NCBI GenBank assembly: GCA_964016885.1
Contig: OZ024764.1
Coordinates: 11,284,001 to 11,348,000, forward strand
Length of the DNA stretch: 64,000 nucleotides
Reading direction: 5' to 3'
Origin: Eledone cirrhosa
Taxonomy: Eukaryota
The stretch's first letter is position 1. Each line of letters opens with the position of its first letter. This document shows, piece after piece, positions 43,443 to 57,169 of this stretch. Both the position numbers and the translations under genes were made by a program. The notes under the pieces are model-generated. The model was not told the origin of the DNA and made no database searches. It saw nothing but the letters and a program-made list of their open reading frames with translations.

Positions 43443-43623
43443 TATAGATGAGATTCTACAGGACTAGAACTGTTTCATTCTTTAGAAATCATATGATTTC
43501 TAAAGAATGAAACAGTTCTAGTCCTGTAGAATCTCATCTATATTAAAACTTTTATACTCTGCTATGTATTGAGTACCTTACTTTCTGTGGTTACCTCCGA
43601 TTCAACCCGAAATAACGTACCTT
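43443..43623. mobile_element. Near-perfect 100-bp palindrome plus tail, Penelope-like pLTR remnant
   Basis: 43443-43542 folds on ATCATATGAT. The same family occurs on the minus strand at 60226-60312. Confidence 0.65.
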
Positions 43624-44101
43624 TATATACCTGTTTACGTAGGCTTACTTTTTGCCCAAATGCTCTCCCCTTTCTTAGTCCTTTGTTTTGTCAGGTCCTA
43701 ATATTTTTCTTTGCCCTTGTATTGCTGACCAGGATAGCACAAGGTTTGTTCCTTTGGTCATTAAGACCACCTTACAATTAACTTGTGTTTTGGATTCTCC
43801 ATGTCTCTCATCTTTCTGCTTTCAGTTTAAAGACTGGCTGTTTCAAGCATTCCCATCTGGGGTAAGTCTTTATCATTCTAATTGTGACAGCAATGTATTT
43901 GTTTAGCAATGTTTTTGATATGAAATTGTGTGTTGTAACATATATTGTTATGAAGGAATTTCTAGTTTACTTGAAGCATTGTATATATATAAAGAGTTTG
44001 AAGTTTGAAAACCACGACAATGCAAGTTTGGACAGAGAAAAAATTTGAGCTGACTTTTAGGAGGCTCCCATACAGCTCTGAGTTTTTCATCCTCAGTGTG
44101 T

Positions 44102-44539
44102 ATCATCATCATCATCATCAACGTTTAACGTCCGTGTTCCACGCTTGCATGGGTTTGGACGGGGGTTTTCCCACTTGAGGCAAGAGTGATTGTCTTGCTC
44201 GCATAGGACTGTCTGGCAGGTTTTCTACAGTTGGATGCCCTTCCTAACACCAACCACATTTACAGTATGGGTCTGGGAGGTTTTTACCGTGTTGCCTACA
44301 CGGCCACATTACAGCGTGGACTGTGTGTTTTTTTGTCGTGACACCTACACGATCTCATTTGTTTCGGCCTGGATGGTGTGGCACCAACATAACTTTACAT
44401 AGAAGGGGGTGGTGGTGGGACGCGGGTGTATTTTGTTAGAGATGCCTACTGACAGTAGTGGGTTTTACTTTGTATTTAGGTAAGGCGGGTCTTCTCTATT
44501 ACTGAGTACCGCCAAAGGTCTCGGTCCAGTGACATTGTG

Positions 44540-44540
<1 letters not shown>
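44102..44540 (-). mobile_element. RTE family-2 3' end (ORF end plus 3' UTR)
   Basis: MSLDRDLWRYSVIEKTRLT* (DR..WR motif), then a UTR and a (GAT)n tail. Confidence 0.8.
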
Positions 44541-44586
<46 letters not shown>

Positions 44587-44594
44587 CAGAGAGA

Positions 44595-47500
44595 GAAAAA
44601 TGGGGTGGAATGAGGGTGTCATGGCAAAATATGTGAAAAAAGGGTTACACCACAAAATGTAAAGGAAAACAGAAATTAACCGAAAAATGGGGTGGAATGA
44701 GGGTCTCATGGCAAAATATGTGAAAAAAGGGTTACACCACAAAATGTAAAGGAAAACAGAAATTAGCCGAAAAATGGGGTGGAATGAGGGTGTCATGGCA
44801 AAATATGTGAAAAAAGGGTTACACCACAAAATGTAAAGGAAAACAGAAATTAGCTGAAAAATGGGGTGGAATGAGGGTGTCATGGCAAAATATGTGAAAA
44901 AAGGGTTACACCACAAACTGTAAAGGAAAACAGAAATTAGCTGAAAAATGGGGTGGAATGAGGGTGTCATGGCAAAATATGTGAAAAAAGGGTTACACCA
45001 CAAACTGTAAAGGAAAACAGAAATTAGCCGAAAAATGGGGTGGAATGAGGGTGTCATGGCAAAATATGTGAAAAAAGGGTTACACCAGAAAATGTAAAGG
45101 AAAACAGAAATTAGCCGAAAAATGGGGTGGAATGAGGGTGTCATGGCAAATTATGTGAAAAAAGGGTTACACCAGAAAATGTAAAGGAAAACAGAAATTA
45201 GCCGAAAAATGGGGTGGAATGAGGGTGTCATGGCAAAATATGTGAAAAAAGACTTACACCACAAAATGTAAAGGAAAACAGAAATTAGCTGAAAAATGGG
45301 GTGGAATGAGGGTGTCATGGCAAAATATGTGAAAAAAGGGTTACACCACAAACTGTAAAGGAAAACAGAAATTAGCTGAAAAATGGGGTGGAATGAGGGT
45401 GTCATGGCAAAATATGTGAAAAAAGGGTTACACCACAAACTGTAAAGGAAAACAGAAATTAGCCGAAAAATGGGGTGGAATGAGGGTGTCATGGCAAAAT
45501 ATGTGAAAAAAGGGTTACACCAGAAAATGTAAAGGAAAACAGAAATTAGCCGAAAAATGGGGTGGAATGAGGGTGTCATGGCAAATTATGTGAAAAAAGG
45601 GTTACACCACAAAATGTAAAGGAAAACAGAAATTAGCCGAAAAATGGGGTGGAATGAGGGTGTCATGGCAAAATATGTGAAAAAAGGGTTACACCAGAAA
45701 ATGTAAAGGAAAACAGAAATTAGCCGAAAAATGGGGTGGAATGAGGGTGTCATGGCAAAATATGTGAAAAAAGGGTTACACCAGAAAATGTAAAGGAAAA
45801 CAGAAATTAGCCGAAAAATGGGGTGGAATGAGGGTGTCATGGCAAATTATGTGAAAAAAGGGTTACACCAGAAAATGTAAAGGAAAACAGAAATTAGCCG
45901 AAAAATGGGGTGGAATGAGGGTGTCATGGCAAAATATGTGAAAAAAGGGTTACACCACAAAATGTAAAGGAAAACAGAAATTAGCCGAAAAATGGGGTGG
46001 AATGAGGGTGTCATGGCAAAATATGTGAAAAAAGGGTTACACCACAAACTGTAAAGGAAAACAGAAATTAGCCGAAAAATGGGGTGGAATGAGGGTGTCA
46101 TGGCAAAATATGTGAAAAAAGGGTTACACCAGAAAATGTAAAGGAAAACAGAAATTAGCCGAAAAATGGGGTGGAATGAGGGTGTCATGGCAAAATATGT
46201 GAAAAAAGGGTTACACCAGAAAATGTAAAGGAAAACAGAAATTAGCCGAAAAATGGGGTGGAATGAGGGTGTCATGGCAAATTATGTGAAAAAAGGGTTA
46301 CACCAGAAAATGTAAAGGAAAACAGAAATTAGCCGAAAAATGGGGTGGAATGAGGGTGTCATGGCAAAATATGTGAAAAAAGGGTTACACCACAAAATGT
46401 AAAGGAAAACAGAAATTAGCCGAAAAATGGGGTGGAATGAGGGTGTCATGGCAAAATATGTGAAAAAAGGGTTACACCACAAACTGTAAAGGAAAACAGA
46501 AATTAGCCGAAAAATGGGGTGGAATGAGGGTGTCATGGCAAAATATGTGAAAAAAGGGTTACACCAGAAAATGTAAAGGAAAACAGAAATTAGCCGAAAA
46601 ATGGGGTGGAATGAGGGTGTCATGGCAAATTATGTGAAAAAAGGGTTACACCAGAAAATGTAAAGGAAAACAGAAATTAGCCGAAAAATGGGGTGGAATG
46701 AGGGTGTCATGGCAAAATATGTGAAAAAAGGGTTACACCACAAAATGTAAAGGAAAACAGAAATTAGCCGAAAAATGGGGTGGAATGAGGGTGTCATGGC
46801 AAAATATGTGAAAAAAGGGTTACACCACAAACTGTAAAGGAAAACAGAAATTAGCCGAAAAATGGGGTGGAATGAGGGTGTCATGGCAAAATATGTGAAA
46901 AAAGGGTTACACCAGAAAATGTAAAGGAAAACAGAAATTAGCCGAAAAATGGGGTGGAATGAGGGTGTCATGGCAAATTATGTGAAAAAAGGGTTACACC
47001 AGAAAATGTAAAGGAAAACAGAAATTAGCCGAAAAATGGGGTGGAATGAGGGTGTCATGGCAAAATATGTGAAAAAAGGGTTACACCACAAAATGTAAAG
47101 GAAAACAGAAATTAGCCGAAAAATGGGGTGGAATGAGGGTGTCATGGCAAATTATGTGAAAAAAGGGTTACACCAGAAAATGTAAAGGAAAACAGAAATT
47201 AGCCGAAAAATGGGGTGGAATGAGGGTGTCATGGCAAAATATGTGAAAAAAGGGTTACACCACAAAATGTAAAGGAAAACAGAAATTAGCCGAAAAATGG
47301 GGTGGAATGAGGGTGTCATGGCAAAATATGTGAAAAAAGGGTTACACCACAAACTGTAAAGGAAAACAGAAATTAGCCGAAAAATGGGGTGGAATGAGGG
47401 TGTCATGGCAAAATATGTGAAAAAAGGGTTACACCACAAAATGTAAAGGAAAACAGAAATTAGCCGAAAAATGGGGTGGAATGAGGGTGTCATGGCAAAA

Positions 47501-49725
47501 TATGTGAAAAAAGGGTTACACCAGAAAATGTAAAGGAAAACAGAAATTAGCCGAAAAATGGGGTGGAATGAGGGTGTCATGGCAAAATATGTGAAAAAAG
47601 GGTTACACCAGAAAATGTAAAGGAAAACAGAAATTAGCCGAAAAATGGGGTGGAATGAGGGTGTCATGGCAAATTATGTGAAAAAAGGGTTACACCAGAA
47701 AATGTAAAGGAAAACAGAAATTAGCCGAAAAATGGGGTGGAATGAGGGTGTCATGGCAAATTATGTGAAAAAAGGGTTACACCAGAAAATGTAAAGGAAA
47801 ACAGAAATTAGCCGAAAAATGGGGTGGAATGAGGGTGTCATGGCAAATTATGTGAAAAAAGGGTTACACCAGAAAATGTAAAGGAAAACAGAAATTAGCC
47901 GAAAAATGGGGTGGAATGAGGGTGTCATGGCAAATTATGTGAAAAAAGGGTTACACCAGAAAATGTAAAGGAAAACAGAAATTAGCCGAAAAATGGGGTG
48001 GAATGAGGGTGTCATGGCAAAATATGTGAAAAAAGGGTTACACCAGAAAATGTAAAGGAAAACAGAAATTAGCCGAAAAATGGGGTGGAATGAGGGTGTC
48101 ATGGCAAAATATGTGAAAAAAGGGTTACACCAGAAAATGTAAAGGAAAACAGAAATTAGCCGAAAAATGGGGTGGAATGAGGGTGTCATGGCAAAATATG
48201 TGAAAAAAGGGTTACACCAGAAAATGTAAAGGAAAACAGAAATTAGCCGAAAAATGGGGTGGAATGAGGGTGTCATGGCAAATTATGTGAAAAAAGGGTT
48301 ACACCAGAAAATGTAAAGGAAAACAGAAATTAGCCGAAAAATGGGTGGAATGAGGGTGTCATGGCAAATTATGTGAAAAAAGGGTTACACCAGAAAATGT
48401 AAAGGAAAACAGAAATTAGCCGAAAAATGGGGTGGAATGAGGGTGTCATGGCAAATTATGTGAAAAAAGGGTTACACCAGAAAATGTAAAGGAAAACAGA
48501 AATTAGCCGAAAAATGGGGTGGAATGAGGGTGTCATGGCAAAATATGTGAAAAAAGGGTTACACCACAAACTGTAAAGGAAAACAGAAATTAGCCGAAAA
48601 ATGGGGTGGAATGAGGGTGTCATGGCAAAATATGTGAAAAAAGGGTTACACCAGAAAATGTAAAGGAAAACAGAAATTAGCCGAAAAATGGGGTGGAATG
48701 AGGGTGTCATGGCAAAATATGTGAAAAAAGGGTTACACCACAAAATGTAAAGGAAAACAGAAATTAGCCGAAAAATGGGGTGGAATGAGGGTGTCATGGC
48801 AAAATATGTGAAAAAAGGGTTACACCACAAAATGTAAAGGAAAACAGAAATTAGCCGAAAAATGGGGTGGAATGAGGGTGTCATGGCAAAATATGTGAAA
48901 AAAGGGTTACACCACAAAATGTAAAGGAAAACAGAAATTAGCCGAAAAATGGGGTGGAATGAGGGTGTCATGGCAAAATATGTGAAAAAAGGGTTACACC
49001 ACAAAATGTAAAGGAAAACAGAAATTAGCCGAAAAATGGGGTGGAATGCGGGTGTCATGGCAAAATATGTGAAAAAAGGGTTACACCACAAAATGTAAAG
49101 GAAAACAGAAATTAGCCGAAAAATGGGGTGGAATGAGGGTGTCATGGCAAAATATGTGAAAAAAGGGTTACACCACAAAATGTAAAGGAAAACAGAAATT
49201 AGCCGAAAAATGGGGTGGAATGCGGGTGTCATGGCAAAATATGTGAAAAAAGGGTTACACCACAAAATGTAAAGGAAAACAGAAATTAGCCGAAAAATGG
49301 GGTGGAATGAGGGTGTCATGGCAAAATATGTGAAAAAAGGGTTACACCACAAAATGTAAAGGAAAACAGAAATTAGCCGAAAAATGGGGTGGAATGCGGG
49401 TGTCATGGCAAAATATGTGAAAAAAGGGTTACACCACAAAATGTAAAGGAAAACAGAAATTAGCCGAAAAATGGGGTGGAATGAGGGTGTCATGGCAAAA
49501 TATGTGAAAAAGGGGTTACACCACAAAATGTAAAGAAAAACAGAAATTAGCCGAAAAATGGGGTGGAATGAGGGTGTCATGGCAAAATATGTGAAAAAAG
49601 GGTTACATCACAAAATGTAAAGGAAAACAGAAATTAGCCGAAAAATGGGGTGGAATGCGGGTGTCATGGCAAAATATGTGAAAAAGGGGTTACACCACAA
49701 ACTGTAAAGGAAAACAGAAATTACC
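44595..49725. repeat. 87-bp satellite, about 59 highly homogeneous copies
   Basis: Unit AAAAATGGGGTGGAATGAGGGTGTCATGGCAAAATATGTGAAAAAAGGGTTACACCACAAAATGTAAAGGAAAACAGAAATTAGCCG. Confidence 0.97.
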
Positions 49726-49869
49726 CAACATGCTTTGCAAGAAATGCAATGACTCAGCAAAAATTGTTTGGAACAATTCTAGTAGAACTGTGTGTTTAGC
49801 AGAGAATTGTGGTAATTAACTTTAATTAATTTTAATTAGTGTAATTATATATTGTGTGAATGGTAAATA

Positions 49870-50980
49870 TTTGGTGGTTGTGGTGGTGGTGGTGGTGATG
49901 GTGGTTGTTTGTGGTGGATTAGTGTTGGTCCTGTTTGTGTTTGTGTGAGTGTTGTCATTGGTTGTGTTTGTGGTGTTGGTGGTGTTGGTGTTGATGGTAT
50001 TGATGGTGTTGTTAATTGTGGTAGTGTGGTGGTGGTGGTGTTTTTGTGCTGGTATTGGTGGTGATGTTGTTGGTAATGGTATTATCATTGGTTATGTTTG
50101 TGGTGTTGATGGTGTCGTTGTGGTAGTGTGGTGGTGGTGGTGTTTTTGTGCTGGTATTGGTGGTGGTGGTGTTAATTGTGGTAGTGGTATTGGTGGTGGT
50201 GTTAGTGGTGGTAGTATTTGTGGTGTTAATGGTGGTTGTATTTGTGGTATTGGTGGTGGTATTGGTGGTGGTTGTGTTTGTGGTATTGGTGGTGGTGTTA
50301 GTGGTGGTTGTATTTGTGGTATTGGTGGTGGTTGTGTTTGTGGTATTGGTGGTGGTGTTAGTGGTGGTTGTATTTGTGGTATTGGTGGTGGTGTTAGTGG
50401 TGGTTGTATTTGTGGTATTGGTGGTGGTGTTAGTGGTGGTATTGGTGGTGGTATTGGTGGTGGTTGTGTTTGTGGTATTGGTGGTGGTTGTGTTTGTGGT
50501 ATTGGTGGTGGTTGTGTTTGTGGTATTGGTGGTGGTTGTATTTGTGGTATTGGTGGTGGTTGTGTTTGTGGTATTGGTGGTGGTGTTAGTGGTGGTTGTA
50601 TTTGTGGTATTGGTGGTGGTATTGGTGGTGGTTGTGTTTGTGGTATTGGTGGTGGTGTTAGTGGTGGTTGTATTTGTGGTATTGGTGGTGGTGTTAGTGA
50701 TGGTATTGGTGGTGGTGTTAGTGGTGGTTGTATTTGTGGTATTGGTGGTGGTGTTAGTGGTGGTTGTGTTTGTGGTATTGGTGGTGGTGTTAGTGGTGGT
50801 TGTATTTGTGGTATTGGTGGTGGTATTGGTGGTGGTTGTGTTTGTGGTATTGGTGGTGGTGTTAGTGCTGGTTGTGTTTGTGGTATTGGTGGTGGTGTTG
50901 TAGAGTTGGTGATGATTGAGTTAGTAGTGTTCATGGTAGTTATGGTGTTGTCTTTGGTGGTGTCGGTGATGATGTTGTAA
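49870..50980. repeat. (GGT)-derived 12/24/36-bp minisatellite
   Basis: TGTGGTATTGGTGGTGGT-based units. Confidence 0.9.
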
Positions 50981-51009
50981 AATGATGATGATGATGATAT
51001 ATATATATA

Positions 51010-51342
51010 TCATCATTTCATTTTACGTTCCCTTTTTCCCTGCTTGCAAGGGTGGGACGGGAACTGATTCTGGCTTGATGTCTACAGCTGGATGCCCTTC
51101 CTAACACCAACCTCATTTACAGTGAGTGCTGGGTGCTTTTTTGCCGTGGCACCTCCACGACCACTTTGCAGTGGAATGATATGGACCCCGGTCCCTATCA
51201 TCTCATTTCTACAGCTGAGTAAACTGGAGCAATGTGAAATAAAGTGTCTTGCTCAAGGGAACAACACATCACCCGGTCTGAGAATTGAACTCACAACCTT
51301 TCGATTGCAAGGCCAATGCTCTAACCACTAAGCCATGTGCCT

Positions 51343-51344
<2 letters not shown>
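51010..51344 (-). mobile_element. Full-length SINE-A within (TA)n
   Basis: Reverse complement of 30004-30345. Confidence 0.9.
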
Positions 51345-51410
<66 letters not shown>

Positions 51411-51544
51411 ATATATCATCATCATCATCTTCGTTTAACGTCCATCTTCCATGCTAGCATGGTTACTGTAGGTTCACCCAGGTGAGCACTCAATATTTAG
51501 GCTCGCGTCAGTAGCGAGGTGTAGAGCTAGACAGAGTGTAATAT

Positions 51545-51815
51545 AATTGTTTCTACTTTAGGCACAAGGCCAGCAATTACCCAGTACATTACTGGTACTG
51601 TACAGAGTGTAATATAATAATGGTTTCTTATATAGGCACAGGGCCAGCAATTTTGGAGGAGAGGAAAGTCGATTAAATCGACCCCAGTGCGTGACTGGTA
51701 CTTTATTTTATCGACCCCATAAAGATGAAAGGCAAAGTTAACCTCGGCAGTATTTGAACTCAGATCATAAAGGGCCGTAACTCTACGCAGCGAAGCATGG
51801 TGTCCGGCGCTCTAC
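51545..51815 (-). mobile_element. SINE-B copy plus a tail fragment
   Basis: Homologous to the family. Confidence 0.8.
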
Positions 51816-51889
51816 TAGTTACTCCTTCATGTCGCTTATTGGTTGGTGACGCGCCTTTCGCTACTGATGAGCTCAATTCCAGCTTTTGA

Positions 51890-52625
51890 TTTTACAGAGT
51901 GTACTGGGTGCATTTTATCATGGCAACAGCACTACCATTTTACAGAGTGTACTGGGTGCATTTGATCATGACACCAGCACTACCATTTTACAGAGTGTAC
52001 TGGGTGTATTTTGTCATGTCACCAGCACTACCATTTTACAGAGTGTACTGGGTGCATTTGATCATGACACCAGCACTACCATTTTACAGAGTGTACTGGG
52101 TGTATTTTATCATGACACCAGCACTACCATTTTACAGAGTGTACTGGGTGTATTGTAATGGAACACCACCACCACTTTACAGAGTGTACTGGGTGCATTT
52201 TATCATGACACCAGCACTACCATTTTACAGAGTGTACTGGGTGCATTTTATCATGGCACCAGCACTACCATTTTACAGAGTGTACTGGGTGTATTTTGTC
52301 ATGGCACCAGCACTACCATTTTACAGAGTGTACTGGGTGCATTTTATCATGACACCAGCACTACCATTTTACAGAGTGTACTGGGTGCATTTTATCATGG
52401 CACCAGCACTACCATTTTACAGAGTGTACTGGGTGTATTTTATCATGACACCAGCACTACCATTTTACAGAGTGTACTGGGTGTATTTTGTCATGGCATC
52501 AGTAGTACCATTTTACAGAGTGTACTGGATGTATAGTATTGGAACACCACCACCACTTTACAGAGTGTACTGGGTGCATTTTATCATGGCACCACCACTA
52601 CTATTTTACAGAGTGTACTGAGTGC
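51890..52625. repeat. 48-bp minisatellite (about 15 copies) derived from the RTE 3' UTR module
   Basis: Unit TTTACAGAGTGTACTGGGTGCATTTTATCATGACACCAGCACTACCAT aligns with TTTACAGTGTGGGCTGGGTGCTTTTTTGCCGTGGCACCTCCACGACCAC. Confidence 0.85.
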
Positions 52626-53465
52626 ATCTTGTGGCCTTGGTACCAAATGTTAATGTCAGACAAATGGGGCTGAATGCAGTTTATTATTTTAAAGACCAAC
52701 AGGGAGGTGGGGTCGTGGTTGGTGAGGGTGGGGGAAATATATGCAATGAAAGACCTTTACTTAACTTGCACTTCATATATATAAATATACATACATACAC
52801 ACATATATATATATGTATACACGTGTATACATATACATATATATATATATATACATATACATACAGACATACATATATACATACATACACGTGCATATAC
52901 ATACATACATATAGACATATACATACATACATCTCCATATATACATACATACATGGATATACATAGATACATATACACACACAGACATATACATACATAC
53001 ATTTATACATATGCATATACACATATGCAAACATGCATACATACACACACACACACACACACATATACATACATACCTATATACATATACATACATACAT
53101 ACACATTGACATGCATACATACTCACACATATATACATACATATATACATACATACACATTGACATACATATACACATGCAAACATGCATACATACACAC
53201 ACATACACATATATACATACATAAATACATACCTATATACATATATACACATTGACATACATATACACATACATACATATACATTCACACACATACATAT
53301 ACACACACATATATACACATACATAGACGTATACACAGAGGAAAGGAGATCATTTTAGCAATAAAGGGTTAACTCCTTCACTTTGTGTCCTTTTGTGAAG
53401 TTGAATTTCCCTTTTTGTTGTTTCCCCTTTTTACCCCTAATTTATAACAACAAACATTGACATTG

Positions 53466-53532
<67 letters not shown>

Positions 53533-53672
53533 GTATATGTACATATACTTAACTACATATGTATAAATATTTATCTACCCATATACATACATATATATGT
53601 ATATATGCATATGTATATGTGTATATATATATATACATACATATATATATGTATGTATATATGCATATGTAT

Positions 53673-53714
<42 letters not shown>

Positions 53715-53747
53715 GTATATGTATGTGTATATATATATATGTATGTG

Positions 53748-53778
<31 letters not shown>

Positions 53779-54449
53779 GCATATGTATATATGTATATAC
53801 ATATATATGTATATATATATATGTATATGTGTATATATATATGTATATATATATGTATATGTGTATATATATGTATATGTATATATGCATATGTATATAT
53901 GTATATATATATATACACATACACACATACATACATAAGACACATACAAAACAATATATACAACAACAACAACGACAACAACCAACCCAACATTGGCATT
54001 ATTGAAAATAGTTTTAAAAAAACCCAACAAAACAAGACATTAAATATATATATATATATATACATACAAACACATCTATACATATATATACACACACACA
54101 CATGTATATATATAAAATACGCCTTAAGGCCACTGGAATGCTACACAAAAAAAAAACCCCACACAAAATACCAACAAAAAAATACCTATTTTTTTTGTTT
54201 TCTGTCGAACAACATACAAAACAACTTCTCCCCTAAAACACAAAGAAAGAGAAAGAATAAATAATTAAAAAAATACATAGGAATATTTATGGGGGCTACT
54301 TCTACAGATTTCGTTCAATTTAATGGATGAAAGATCTCTCGCTAAAATAAAGCCGGGGACATTTTAAAATGTACTTGTTGCATAAATCTTCCATCAAAAA
54401 TGGCGGCCAGCTTCTTGTTCTGCTCCTCCCTTCCCTCCCTCCTACCTTG

Positions 54450-54725
54450 TTGTTGTTGTTCTTCTCCTTCTCCGTCTTCTTCTTCTTCTTTGCCTTCTTC
54501 TTCTTCTTCTTCTTCTTCTTCTTTGCCTTCTTCTTCTTCTTTTTCTTCTTCTTCTTCTTCTTCTTCTTCTTCTTCTTCTTCTTCTTCTTCTTCTTTTGTC
54601 TTCTTCTTTTGTCTTCTTCTTCTTCTTCTTTTGTCTTCTTCTTCTTCTTCTTCTTCTTCTGTCTTCTTCTTTTTCGTCTTCTTCTTCTTCTTCTTTTTCT
54701 TCCTTTTCTTCTTCTTCTTCTTCTT
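54450..54725. repeat. (CTT)n polypyrimidine tract
   Basis: Read directly from the sequence. Confidence 0.95.
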
Positions 54726-54820
54726 TATTGCGTATGTATGCAAGTATACATATATATATGTACATATATATATATACATATGTATATATATATAAATATG
54801 AATTTATATATGAATATATA

Positions 54821-54872
<52 letters not shown>

Positions 54873-55837
54873 TGTATGTATATTCCGTTCAGTTTATACT
54901 TTGTTATATTTCTTTTGGGAGCAATTTTGATTTGGCAATGGAAAATTTTGATGCTTGTCTCAGGATGAATACTCAGATATATAAATATATATGTGTGTGT
55001 GTGTATGTATATATATGTGTATGTATATATAGTATATATATATATACACACATATATACATACACATACATATATATATTTCTAGATGTATGTCTACAAC
55101 AAGTTGAATTAGTTCTACCATTAGTTAGTTTAATCCAATATCTGATCTTTTAGGAAGGTTTCCCCTCATAAAACTTCATGTTTTTATAATAATATCTTTA
55201 TACTTTATCTCCCAATATCTTCTCTTTCTCTCTCCTATCTCTCTCCCTCTCTCTCCCTCTGCTTTTATCTCTTTTCTCCCCCCCCCTCTCTCTTTCTCTC
55301 TTTTCTCCCCTCTCTCTTTATCCTCTTTCACTTTCACTCTTTCTCTTGTCTCTCTTTTTCTCTATCTTTCTCTCTTTCTCCTCTCTTCATCCCCCTTTCT
55401 CTCATTCTTTCTCCCCTCCCTTTCTCCCTCTCTCTCATTCTCCCCCCCCCCCTCGTTCACTCTTTCTCCCCTCCCCCTCGTTCACTCTTTCTCCTCTCCC
55501 CCTCGTTCACTCTTTCTCCTCTCCCCCTCGTTCACTCTTTCTCCTCTCCCCCTCGTTCACTCTTTCTCCTCTTTCTCGTTCACTCTTTTCCCCCTTTTCT
55601 CGTTCTCTTTTTCGTTCACTCTTTCCCTCCTCTTTCTCGTTCACTCTATCCTTTCTCTTTGACTTTCTTTCTCTCTGTGTACCCCCTCCCCCAATCTAAT
55701 GTCTATCTATCTATCGCTCTCTCTCTCTATCTATCTATCTATCTATCAGATAAGGTGTCGAAACATCTGAAGCTCAGCCATCGAGGTCCTGAATCTTTTC
55801 ATATCTATCTATCTATCTCTCTCTCTCTCTCTATCTA

Positions 55838-55868
<31 letters not shown>

Positions 55869-56019
55869 ATCTGTATGTCTGTCTGTCTAACTATCAATTG
55901 TCTATCTATCAATCTATCTATCTATCTAGCTGTCTGTCTAACTAACTAACTATCTATCTATCTATTCATCTATATGTCTGTATATCTCTTTATCAATAAA
56001 TCAATCTCTTATTTAATGT

Positions 56020-56298
56020 ATCAATATTCTGTATGCTGGGGTTTTGGTTAGGTATCTATGTGTTCCTTTTATCATTCCCAGGGCACCTATTATTACAGGG
56101 TTTGTTTCTGTTTCCATCATCCGCACTAAAATTATTCCTTTTTCTAGACCTTTATATTTGGATAATTTCTCCAATTCCCTGAGAGATATACTATTATCTG
56201 TGGGAATTGATATATTGATGAGAAGGTATTTCTTTTGTTGCTGGTGCTTGACTAAAGTATATGGTTGGTTGGCTTTGATCTTCTTGTCTGTGTGTATT
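56020..56298 (-). pseudogene. R4/Dong-clade LINE restriction-like endonuclease domain, decayed
   Basis: Manual translation: IHTDKKIKANQPYTLVK...LLINISIPTDNSISLRELEKLSKYKGLE...PVIIGALGMIK. The usual RPD motif reads QPY here. Confidence 0.8.
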
Positions 56299-56413
56299 CA
56301 CATAAAAGAGTCATTGAGGAAGATACAGAACTAACTGGTGAAGAACTGAAGCAATTAACCATTTTGTTACTAACCCTAACCGGCTCTGGTTCTATGAAAT
56401 AAAGTCACCCACT

Positions 56414-57050
56414 TTAACCCTTTAGCATTTAAACTGGCCATATCTGGCCAGAATTCTCTCACCTCTTTCTGTTCAAACCTGCATTAACTGGCTGCTTATA
56501 CTTCTCAAAAAAATAATATCATAATTTCTAAGGTATTCCTAAGGTATTGTTCTCAAAAAAATAATATCAAAATTTCATAGATTTGATATTATGTAAGGTA
56601 AAGCCTTTACCATGAAAATACAAATATAGAGTAATGTAAATGCTAAAGGGTTAAAGGTTCCAATTTGAATTAAAAATCTTCCAATATAATTTTATATAAG
56701 AACCTTACATTAAGTTATTATCTTAGTAATGAAACAATTAATAATGTTAGTAAATCCCTCAAACTTAATTAATTAAAAACCCATGCTAGCGTGGAAGAAC
56801 GGACGTAAAACGGTGATGATGATGAGTGTATTTCATTAGAAATGTGGTCATTAACCCATTAGCATTTAAACCGACCATATTCGGCTAGAATTCTCTCACC
56901 TCTTTCTGTTCAAACCTGCTGTAACTGGCTGCTTATACTTATGTTAAGGTATTGTTTGCAAAATAATAAGATTAAAATCTCGTAGATTCAATATTATGTG
57001 AGATAGTTATTTGAAATAAAGCCTTTTCTGTGAAAATACAATAGTAAATA
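56414..57050. mobile_element. piggyBac-like MITE (56414-56654), the adjacent second element piece (56655-56850) and a partial MITE (56851-57050)
   Basis: TTAACCC...GGGTTAA termini; homologous to 24423, 25656 and the 36950-37090 region. Confidence 0.8.
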
Positions 57051-57169
57051 TAGAAGTTATGAACTGTTGGAAAAGAGTTCAAACATGTTAGGACGAGTTA
57101 TCTCATCTGTGGCACTGGAATGCATACATGTTTGGATGAGTTATCTTGTGTACGACACTGAAGAGGTTC

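Noticed and set aside
48456-49580. 374-aa ORF made of 29-aa repeats
   Set aside because: It is the product of an 87-bp satellite, and a stop-creating variant and a 1-bp deletion occur freely elsewhere in the array.
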